Assembly (NCBI GenBank): GCA_001643675.2 | Contig: LSRY02000022.1 | Location: forward strand, 1,302,001 to 1,366,000 | DNA: 64,000 bases | Direction of reading: 5' to 3' | Origin: Monocercomonoides exilis PA203 | Taxonomy: Eukaryota; Protista; Preaxostyla | Shown: positions 25,030-37,000 of the stretch, one piece after another | Layout of the letters: every line of letters starts with the position of its first letter | How positions within the stretch are numbered: position 1 is the first letter of the stretch | Program-made: the position numbers and the translations under genes | Notes under the pieces: model-generated | What the model was told of the DNA's origin: nothing | The model's database searches: none | Seen by the model: the letters and a program-made list of their open reading frames with translations, nothing else

Positions 25030-28000
25030 GGTTAGGGTTAATTGTGACAAAAACTCGTTTTTCAGACAAGCAACTACTGAGATATCATGATTTGTGATAT
25101 TATCTGACAACTTTTCTGTCATGACTTATGAAAATATTTGATTTTTATTGAAAATCCAGTCAAAAACAATGATAAAATAAATTTTTTAAAAATGATTGAG
25201 AACAATGACAAATCTGATTGTAGGTTCGGGTTAGACCGTGCTGAACCTGATGATTGTTGTTGTAGTTTTTGTGGTCATCTAATAGAAACTCAGGGAAAAA
25301 ACTTAATTTTTTAGTCATTTTTTCAGTCATTTTAACATGTCATTTTTGACCAAAAATTTGCCTTACCCCCGAGTTTGATGGGGGGTGCCCAGCCTCCAGT
25401 ATGTGGCCTTCGTAGAAGGCGGACGCGGAGCGGACGCCTTCTAAAACCTCGTTTCCTGCCTTTTCACAGGGCCTGCGCCCTGCAAAACCGACCCTTCTGG
25501 GGTCATATTTGACCAACACTGAAAATTTCATATATTCGTTCCTGTCACCTGGGCATTTCATCTGACAACCCCCACACCACCCCCACACCCCCCATACCCA
25601 CTGACACTCCCACTGTATATATCTGTTATAATGTCAGAATATCCTTTGATTTTTAATGAATTTTTCTTGTCATTTTTTTGAGTGAAGAAAAACAATAAAT
25701 ATTTTATATCTCACTGGAATGACTGATTTGGAGGGAGATATTTTGCCAGTGTGTTAGTTGTGAATTATGTGTAATAAAACAATATTGGAGAAAAAAAGAA
25801 AAAATTGAAAATTAATTAATTGAATATTATTGTTTTCATTCAGACAAGTCATTTGACTGAAAATATATAAAAATAATTTTTTAAAAAATAGAAAAATTTA
25901 GGTTGCAGTTAAAGTGCGTTGAAATATGCCTGAATTATCCCAACAAATATTAATAATTAATTATCACAAAATTATCAATCAACTTTTCTATCATGACTTA
26001 TAAAATAATTGAATGTTTATTTCTATTTATTCAAAAATAATAATAAAATAAATTTTTTAAAATCTATCATGCACTCGGTTAGGGTTAATTGTGACAAAAA
26101 CTCGTTTTTCAGACAAGCAACTACTGAGATATCATGATTTGTGATATTATCTGACAACTTTTCTGTCATGACTTATGAAAATATTTGATTTTTATTGAAA
26201 ATCCAGTCAAAAACAATGATAAAATAAATTTTTTAAAAATGATTGAGAACAATGACAAATCTGATTGTAGGTTCGGGTTAGACCGTGCTGAACCTGATGA
26301 TTGTTGTTGTAGTTTTTGTGGTCATCTAATAGAAACTCAGGGAAAAAACTTAATTTTTTAGTCATTTTTTCAGTCATTTTAACATGTCATTTTTGACCAA
26401 AAATTTGCCTTACCCCCGAGTTTGATGGGGGGTGCCCAGCCTCCAGTATGTGGCCTTCGTAGAAGGCGGACGCGGAGCGGACGCCTTCTAAAACCTCGTT
26501 TCCTGCCTTTTCACAGGGCCTGCGCCCTGCAAAACCGACCCTTCTGGGGTCATATTTGACCAACACTGAAAATTTCATATATTCGTTCCTGTCACCTGGG
26601 CATTTCATCTGACAACCCCCACACCACCCCCACACCCCCCATACCCACTGACACTCCCACTGTATATATCTGTTATAATGTCAGAATATCCTTTGATTTT
26701 TAATGAATTTTTCTTGTCATTTTTTTGAGTGAAGAAAAACAATAAATATTTTATATCTCACTGGAATGACTGATTTGGAGGGAGATATTTTGCCAGTGTG
26801 TTAGTTGTGAATTATGTGTAATAAAACAATATTGGAGAAAAAAAGAAAAAATTGAAAATTAATTAATTGAATATTATTGTTTTCATTCAGACAAGTCATT
26901 TGACTGAAAATATATAAAAATAATTTTTTAAAAAATAGAAAAATTTAGGTTGCAGTTAAAGTGCGTTGAAATATGCCTGAATTATCCCAACAAATATTAA
27001 TAATTAATTATCACAAAATTATCAATCAACTTTTCTATCATGACTTATAAAATAATTGAATGTTTATTTCTATTTATTCAAAAATAATAATAAAATAAAT
27101 TTTTTAAAATCTATCATGCACTCGGTTAGGGTTAATTGTGACAAAAACTCGTTTTTCAGACAAGCAACTACTGAGATATCATGATTTGTGATATTATCTG
27201 ACAACTTTTCTGTCATGACTTATGAAAATATTTGATTTTTATTGAAAATCCAGTCAAAAACAATGATAAAATAAATTTTTTAAAAATGATTGAGAACAAT
27301 GACAAATCTGATTGTAGGTTCGGGTTAGACCGTGCTGAACCTGATGATTGTTGTTGTAGTTTTTGTGGTCATCTAATAGAAACTCAGGGAAAAAACTTAA
27401 TTTTTTAGTCATTTTTTCAGTCATTTTAACATGTCATTTTTGACCAAAAATTTGCCTTACCCCCGAGTTTGATGGGGGGTGCCCAGCCTCCAGTATGTGG
27501 CCTTCGTAGAAGGCGGACGCGGAGCGGACGCCTTCTAAAACCTCGTTTCCTGCCTTTTCACAGGGCCTGCGCCCTGCAAAACCGACCCTTCTGGGGTCAT
27601 ATTTGACCAACACTGAAAATTTCATATATTCGTTCCTGTCACCTGGGCATTTCATCTGACAACCCCCACACCACCCCCACACCCCCCATACCCACTGACA
27701 CTCCCACTGTATATATCTGTTATAATGTCAGAATATCCTTTGATTTTTAATGAATTTTTCTTGTCATTTTTTTGAGTGAAGAAAAACAATAAATATTTTA
27801 TATCTCACTGGAATGACTGATTTGGAGGGAGATATTTTGCCAGTGTGTTAGTTGTGAATTATGTGTAATAAAACAATATTGGAGAAAAAAAGAAAAAATT
27901 GAAAATTAATTAATTGAATATTATTGTTTTCATTCAGACAAGTCATTTGACTGAAAATATATAAAAATAATTTTTTAAAAAATAGAAAAATTTAGGTTGC

Positions 28001-31000
28001 AGTTAAAGTGCGTTGAAATATGCCTGAATTATCCCAACAAATATTAATAATTAATTATCACAAAATTATCAATCAACTTTTCTATCATGACTTATAAAAT
28101 AATTGAATGTTTATTTCTATTTATTCAAAAATAATAATAAAATAAATTTTTTAAAATCTATCATGCACTCGGTTAGGGTTAATTGTGACAAAAACTCGTT
28201 TTTCAGACAAGCAACTACTGAGATATCATGATTTGTGATATTATCTGACAACTTTTCTGTCATGACTTATGAAAATATTTGATTTTTATTGAAAATCCAG
28301 TCAAAAACAATGATAAAATAAATTTTTTAAAAATGATTGAGAACAATGACAAATCTGATTGTAGGTTCGGGTTAGACCGTGCTGAACCTGATGATTGTTG
28401 TTGTAGTTTTTGTGGTCATCTAATAGAAACTCAGGGAAAAAACTTAATTTTTTAGTCATTTTTTCAGTCATTTTAACATGTCATTTTTGACCAAAAATTT
28501 GCCTTACCCCCGAGTTTGATGGGGGGTGCCCAGCCTCCAGTATGTGGCCTTCGTAGAAGGCGGACGCGGAGCGGACGCCTTCTAAAACCTCGTTTCCTGC
28601 CTTTTCACAGGGCCTGCGCCCTGCAAAACCGACCCTTCTGGGGTCATATTTGACCAACACTGAAAATTTCATATATTCGTTCCTGTCACCTGGGCATTTC
28701 ATCTGACAACCCCCACACCACCCCCACACCCCCCATACCCACTGACACTCCCACTGTATATATCTGTTATAATGTCAGAATATCCTTTGATTTTTAATGA
28801 ATTTTTCTTGTCATTTTTTTGAGTGAAGAAAAACAATAAATATTTTATATCTCACTGGAATGACTGATTTGGAGGGAGATATTTTGCCAGTGTGTTAGTT
28901 GTGAATTATGTGTAATAAAACAATATTGGAGAAAAAAAGAAAAAATTGAAAATTAATTAATTGAATATTATTGTTTTCATTCAGACAAGTCATTTGACTG
29001 AAAATATATAAAAATAATTTTTTAAAAAATAGAAAAATTTAGGTTGCAGTTAAAGTGCGTTGAAATATGCCTGAATTATCCCAACAAATATTAATAATTA
29101 ATTATCACAAAATTATCAATCAACTTTTCTATCATGACTTATAAAATAATTGAATGTTTATTTCTATTTATTCAAAAATAATAATAAAATAAATTTTTTA
29201 AAATCTATCATGCACTCGGTTAGGGTTAATTGTGACAAAAACTCGTTTTTCAGACAAGCAACTACTGAGATATCATGATTTGTGATATTATCTGACAACT
29301 TTTCTGTCATGACTTATGAAAATATTTGATTTTTATTGAAAATCCAGTCAAAAACAATGATAAAATAAATTTTTTAAAAATGATTGAGAACAATGACAAA
29401 TCTGATTGTAGGTTCGGGTTAGACCGTGCTGAACCTGATGATTGTTGTTGTAGTTTTTGTGGTCATCTAATAGAAACTCAGGGAAAAAACTTAATTTTTT
29501 AGTCATTTTTTCAGTCATTTTAACATGTCATTTTTGACCAAAAATTTGCCTTACCCCCGAGTTTGATGGGGGGTGCCCAGCCTCCAGTATGTGGCCTTCG
29601 TAGAAGGCGGACGCGGAGCGGACGCCTTCTAAAACCTCGTTTCCTGCCTTTTCACAGGGCCTGCGCCCTGCAAAACCGACCCTTCTGGGGTCATATTTGA
29701 CCAACACTGAAAATTTCATATATTCGTTCCTGTCACCTGGGCATTTCATCTGACAACCCCCACACCACCCCCACACCCCCCATACCCACTGACACTCCCA
29801 CTGTATATATCTGTTATAATGTCAGAATATCCTTTGATTTTTAATGAATTTTTCTTGTCATTTTTTTGAGTGAAGAAAAACAATAAATATTTTATATCTC
29901 ACTGGAATGACTGATTTGGAGGGAGATATTTTGCCAGTGTGTTAGTTGTGAATTATGTGTAATAAAACAATATTGGAGAAAAAAAGAAAAAATTGAAAAT
30001 TAATTAATTGAATATTATTGTTTTCATTCAGACAAGTCATTTGACTGAAAATATATAAAAATAATTTTTTAAAAAATAGAAAAATTTAGGTTGCAGTTAA
30101 AGTGCGTTGAAATATGCCTGAATTATCCCAACAAATATTAATAATTAATTATCACAAAATTATCAATCAACTTTTCTATCATGACTTATAAAATAATTGA
30201 ATGTTTATTTCTATTTATTCAAAAATAATAATAAAATAAATTTTTTAAAATCTATCATGCACTCGGTTAGGGTTAATTGTGACAAAAACTCGTTTTTCAG
30301 ACAAGCAACTACTGAGATATCATGATTTGTGATATTATCTGACAACTTTTCTGTCATGACTTATGAAAATATTTGATTTTTATTGAAAATCCAGTCAAAA
30401 ACAATGATAAAATAAATTTTTTAAAAATGATTGAGAACAATGACAAATCTGATTGTAGGTTCGGGTTAGACCGTGCTGAACCTGATGATTGTTGTTGTAG
30501 TTTTTGTGGTCATCTAATAGAAACTCAGGGAAAAAACTTAATTTTTTAGTCATTTTTTCAGTCATTTTAACATGTCATTTTTGACCAAAAATTTGCCTTA
30601 CCCCCGAGTTTGATGGGGGGTGCCCAGCCTCCAGTATGTGGCCTTCGTAGAAGGCGGACGCGGAGCGGACGCCTTCTAAAACCTCGTTTCCTGCCTTTTC
30701 ACAGGGCCTGCGCCCTGCAAAACCGACCCTTCTGGGGTCATATTTGACCAACACTGAAAATTTCATATATTCGTTCCTGTCACCTGGGCATTTCATCTGA
30801 CAACCCCCACACCACCCCCACACCCCCCATACCCACTGACACTCCCACTGTATATATCTGTTATAATGTCAGAATATCCTTTGATTTTTAATGAATTTTT
30901 CTTGTCATTTTTTTGAGTGAAGAAAAACAATAAATATTTTATATCTCACTGGAATGACTGATTTGGAGGGAGATATTTTGCCAGTGTGTTAGTTGTGAAT

Positions 31001-34000
31001 TATGTGTAATAAAACAATATTGGAGAAAAAAAGAAAAAATTGAAAATTAATTAATTGAATATTATTGTTTTCATTCAGACAAGTCATTTGACTGAAAATA
31101 TATAAAAATAATTTTTTAAAAAATAGAAAAATTTAGGTTGCAGTTAAAGTGCGTTGAAATATGCCTGAATTATCCCAACAAATATTAATAATTAATTATC
31201 ACAAAATTATCAATCAACTTTTCTATCATGACTTATAAAATAATTGAATGTTTATTTCTATTTATTCAAAAATAATAATAAAATAAATTTTTTAAAATCT
31301 ATCATGCACTCGGTTAGGGTTAATTGTGACAAAAACTCGTTTTTCAGACAAGCAACTACTGAGATATCATGATTTGTGATATTATCTGACAACTTTTCTG
31401 TCATGACTTATGAAAATATTTGATTTTTATTGAAAATCCAGTCAAAAACAATGATAAAATAAATTTTTTAAAAATGATTGAGAACAATGACAAATCTGAT
31501 TGTAGGTTCGGGTTAGACCGTGCTGAACCTGATGATTGTTGTTGTAGTTTTTGTGGTCATCTAATAGAAACTCAGGGAAAAAACTTAATTTTTTAGTCAT
31601 TTTTTCAGTCATTTTAACATGTCATTTTTGACCAAAAATTTGCCTTACCCCCGAGTTTGATGGGGGGTGCCCAGCCTCCAGTATGTGGCCTTCGTAGAAG
31701 GCGGACGCGGAGCGGACGCCTTCTAAAACCTCGTTTCCTGCCTTTTCACAGGGCCTGCGCCCTGCAAAACCGACCCTTCTGGGGTCATATTTGACCAACA
31801 CTGAAAATTTCATATATTCGTTCCTGTCACCTGGGCATTTCATCTGACAACCCCCACACCACCCCCACACCCCCCATACCCACTGACACTCCCACTGTAT
31901 ATATCTGTTATAATGTCAGAATATCCTTTGATTTTTAATGAATTTTTCTTGTCATTTTTTTGAGTGAAGAAAAACAATAAATATTTTATATCTCACTGGA
32001 ATGACTGATTTGGAGGGAGATATTTTGCCAGTGTGTTAGTTGTGAATTATGTGTAATAAAACAATATTGGAGAAAAAAAGAAAAAATTGAAAATTAATTA
32101 ATTGAATATTATTGTTTTCATTCAGACAAGTCATTTGACTGAAAATATATAAAAATAATTTTTTAAAAAATAGAAAAATTTAGGTTGCAGTTAAAGTGCG
32201 TTGAAATATGCCTGAATTATCCCAACAAATATTAATAATTAATTATCACAAAATTATCAATCAACTTTTCTATCATGACTTATAAAATAATTGAATGTTT
32301 ATTTCTATTTATTCAAAAATAATAATAAAATAAATTTTTTAAAATCTATCATGCACTCGGTTAGGGTTAATTGTGACAAAAACTCGTTTTTCAGACAAGC
32401 AACTACTGAGATATCATGATTTGTGATATTATCTGACAACTTTTCTGTCATGACTTATGAAAATATTTGATTTTTATTGAAAATCCAGTCAAAAACAATG
32501 ATAAAATAAATTTTTTAAAAATGATTGAGAACAATGACAAATCTGATTGTAGGTTCGGGTTAGACCGTGCTGAACCTGATGATTGTTGTTGTAGTTTTTG
32601 TGGTCATCTAATAGAAACTCAGGGAAAAAACTTAATTTTTTAGTCATTTTTTCAGTCATTTTAACATGTCATTTTTGACCAAAAATTTGCCTTACCCCCG
32701 AGTTTGATGGGGGGTGCCCAGCCTCCAGTATGTGGCCTTCGTAGAAGGCGGACGCGGAGCGGACGCCTTCTAAAACCTCGTTTCCTGCCTTTTCACAGGG
32801 CCTGCGCCCTGCAAAACCGACCCTTCTGGGGTCATATTTGACCAACACTGAAAATTTCATATATTCGTTCCTGTCACCTGGGCATTTCATCTGACAACCC
32901 CCACACCACCCCCACACCCCCCATACCCACTGACACTCCCACTGTATATATCTGTTATAATGTCAGAATATCCTTTGATTTTTAATGAATTTTTCTTGTC
33001 ATTTTTTTGAGTGAAGAAAAACAATAAATATTTTATATCTCACTGGAATGACTGATTTGGAGGGAGATATTTTGCCAGTGTGTTAGTTGTGAATTATGTG
33101 TAATAAAACAATATTGGAGAAAAAAAGAAAAAATTGAAAATTAATTAATTGAATATTATTGTTTTCATTCAGACAAGTCATTTGACTGAAAATATATAAA
33201 AATAATTTTTTAAAAAATAGAAAAATTTAGGTTGCAGTTAAAGTGCGTTGAAATATGCCTGAATTATCCCAACAAATATTAATAATTAATTATCACAAAA
33301 TTATCAATCAACTTTTCTATCATGACTTATAAAATAATTGAATGTTTATTTCTATTTATTCAAAAATAATAATAAAATAAATTTTTTAAAAATGATTGAG
33401 AACAATGACAAATCTGATTGTAGGTTCGGGTTAGACCGTGCTGAACCTGATGATTGTTGTTGTAGTTTTTGTGGTCATCTAATAGAAACTCAGGGAAAAA
33501 ACTTAATTTTTTAGTCATTTTTTCAGTCATTTTAACATGTCATTTTTGACCAAAAATTTGCCTTACCCCCGAGTTTGATGGGGGGTGCCCAGCCTCCAGT
33601 ATGTGGCCTTCGTAGAAGGCGGACGCGGAGCGGACGCCTTCTAAAACCTCGTTTCCTGCCTTTTCACAGGGCCTGCGCCCTGCAAAACCGACCCTTCTGG
33701 GGTCATATTTGACCAACACTGAAAATTTCATATATTCGTTCCTGTCACCTGGGCATTTCATCTGACAACCCCCACACCACCCCCACACCCCCCATACCCA
33801 CTGACACTCCCACTGTATATATCTGTTATAATGTCAGAATATCCTTTGATTTTTAATGAATTTTTCTTGTCATTTTTTTGAGTGAAGAAAAACAATAAAT
33901 ATTTTATATCTCACTGGAATGACTGATTTGGAGGGAGATATTTTGCCAGTGTGTTAGTTGTGAATTATGTGTAATAAAACAATATTGGAGAAAAAAAGAA

Positions 34001-37000
34001 AAAATTGAAAATTAATTAATTGAATATTATTGTTTTCATTCAGACAAGTCATTTGACTGAAAATATATAAAAATAATTTTTTAAAAAATAGAAAAATTTA
34101 GGTTGCAGTTAAAGTGCGTTGAAATATGCCTGAATTATCCCAACAAATATTAATAATTAATTATCACAAAATTATCAATCAACTTTTCTATCATGACTTA
34201 TAAAATAATTGAATGTTTATTTCTATTTATTCAAAAATAATAATAAAATAAATTTTTTAAAATCTATCATGCACTCGGTTAGGGTTAATTGTGACAAAAA
34301 CTCGTTTTTCAGACAAGCAACTACTGAGATATCATGATTTGTGATATTATCTGACAACTTTTCTGTCATGACTTATGAAAATATTTGATTTTTATTGAAA
34401 ATCCAGTCAAAAACAATGATAAAATAAATTTTTTAAAAATGATTGAGAACAATGACAAATCTGATTGTAGGTTCGGGTTAGACCGTGCTGAACCTGATGA
34501 TTGTTGTTGTAGTTTTTGTGGTCATCTAATAGAAACTCAGGGAAAAAACTTAATTTTTTAGTCATTTTTTCAGTCATTTTAACATGTCATTTTTGACCAA
34601 AAATTTGCCTTACCCCCGAGTTTGATGGGGGGTGCCCAGCCTCCAGTATGTGGCCTTCGTAGAAGGCGGACGCGGAGCGGACGCCTTCTAAAACCTCGTT
34701 TCCTGCCTTTTCACAGGGCCTGCGCCCTGCAAAACCGACCCTTCTGGGGTCATATTTGACCAACACTGAAAATTTCATATATTCGTTCCTGTCACCTGGG
34801 CATTTCATCTGACAACCCCCACACCACCCCCACACCCCCCATACCCACTGACACTCCCACTGTATATATCTGTTATAATGTCAGAATATCCTTTGATTTT
34901 TAATGAATTTTTCTTGTCATTTTTTTGAGTGAAGAAAAACAATAAATATTTTATATCTCACTGGAATGACTGATTTGGAGGGAGATATTTTGCCAGTGTG
35001 TTAGTTGTGAATTATGTGTAATAAAACAATATTGGAGAAAAAAAGAAAAAATTGAAAATTAATTAATTGAATATTATTGTTTTCATTCAGACAAGTCATT
35101 TGACTGAAAATATATAAAAATAATTTTTTAAAAAATAGAAAAATTTAGGTTGCAGTTAAAGTGCGTTGAAATATGCCTGAATTATCCCAACAAATATTAA
35201 TAATTAATTATCACAAAATTATCAATCAACTTTTCTATCATGACTTATAAAATAATTGAATGTTTATTTCTATTTATTCAAAAATAATAATAAAATAAAT
35301 TTTTTAAAATCTATCATGCACTCGGTTAGGGTTAATTGTGACAAAAACTCGTTTTTCAGACAAGCAACTACTGAGATATCATGATTTGTGATATTATCTG
35401 ACAACTTTTCTGTCATGACTTATGAAAATATTTGATTTTTATTGAAAATCCAGTCAAAAACAATGATAAAATAAATTTTTTAAAAATGATTGAGAACAAT
35501 GACAAATCTGATTGTAGGTTCGGGTTAGACCGTGCTGAACCTGATGATTGTTGTTGTAGTTTTTGTGGTCATCTAATAGAAACTCAGGGAAAAAACTTAA
35601 TTTTTTAGTCATTTTTTCAGTCATTTTAACATGTCATTTTTGACCAAAAATTTGCCTTACCCCCGAGTTTGATGGGGGGTGCCCAGCCTCCAGTATGTGG
35701 CCTTCGTAGAAGGCGGACGCGGAGCGGACGCCTTCTAAAACCTCGTTTCCTGCCTTTTCACAGGGCCTGCGCCCCCCAAAACGGGCCCTTCTGGGGTCAT
35801 ATTTGACCAACACTGAAAATTTCATATATTCGTTCCTGTCACCTGGGCATTTCATCTGACAACCCCCACACCACCCCCACACCCCCCATACCCACTGACA
35901 CTCCCACTGTATATATCTGTTATAATGTCAGAATATCCTTTGATTTTTAATGAATTTTTCTTGTCATTTTTTTGAGTGAAGAAAAACAATAAATATTTTA
36001 TATCTCACTGGAATGACTGATTTGGAGGGAGATATTTTGCCAGTGTGTTAGTTGTGAATTATGTGTAATAAAACAATATTGGAGAAAAAAAGAAAAAATT
36101 GAAAATTAATTAATTGAATATTATTGTTGTCATTCAACCAAGTCATTTGACTGAAAATATAAAAAAATAATTTTTTAAAAAATAGAAAAATTTAGGTTGC
36201 AGTTAAAGTGCGTTGAAATATGCCTGAATTATCCCAACAAATATTAATAATTAATTATCACAAAATTATCAATCAACTTTTCTATCATGACTTATAATAT
36301 TATTGAATGTTTATTTCTGTTTATTCAAAAATAATAATAAAATAAATTTTTTAAAATCTATCATGCACTCGGTTAGGGTTAATTGTGACAAAAACTAATT
36401 TTTTTGAAAAGAAACTACTGAGATATCATGACTTATCACTTTATCTTACAACTTTTCTATCATGACTTATGAAAATATTGAAATTTCATTGAAAATCCAG
36501 TCAAAAACAATGAAAAAATAAATTTTTTAAAAATGATTGAGAACAATGACAAATATGCTTGTAGGTTCGGGTTAGACCGTGCTGAACCTGATGATTGTTG
36601 TTGTAGTTTTTATGGTCATCTTATTGAAACTCAGGGAAAAAACTTAATTTTTTATGAAATTATTCAGTCATTTTAACTTATAATTTTTGACCAAAAATTT
36701 GCCTTACCCCCGGGTTTGATGGGGGGTGTCCTATGAGCAGTATGTGGCCTTCGTAGAAGGCGGACGCGGAGCGGACGCCTTCTAAAACCTCAATTCCTGC
36801 CTTTTCACAGGGCCTGCGCTCTGCAAAACCGACCCTTCTGTCTGGCCCAACCCACAAAAATCAAATTTTCATATATTCGTTCCTGGCCCCTGGGCATTCC
36901 ATGTGACAACCCCCACACCACCCCCACACCCCCCATCCCCACTGACACTCCCACTGTATATATCTGTTCTAATGTCAGAATAACCGTTGATTTTTAATGA

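Noticed and set aside
25213-25295. Hammerhead-like arrangement (GUA ... CUGAUGA ... GAAAC) in each unit
   Set aside because: Stem I is one nucleotide out of register, stem II cannot close next to the core, a competing gatgattg/tggtcatc hairpin exists, and CUGAUGA is mutated to CAAUGA in two C units. An in vitro cleavage assay would settle it.
25385-25410. cccagcctcc resembling the HDV ribozyme
   Set aside because: Only a 10-mer; replaced by cctatgag in variants B and C, and the nested pseudoknot cannot be built.
25350-25450. Array as tandem 5S rRNA, tRNA or snRNA genes
   Set aside because: No 5S box A/C, tRNA cloverleaf or Sm-site consensus is recognisable on either strand.
25340-35882. Repeated 82-aa ORF (MWGWCGGCQ...) and the 76-aa ORF in variant B
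   Set aside because: Non-ATG starts, lost or frameshifted between variants and with homopolymer length, no recognisable domain; a by-product of the GC core.
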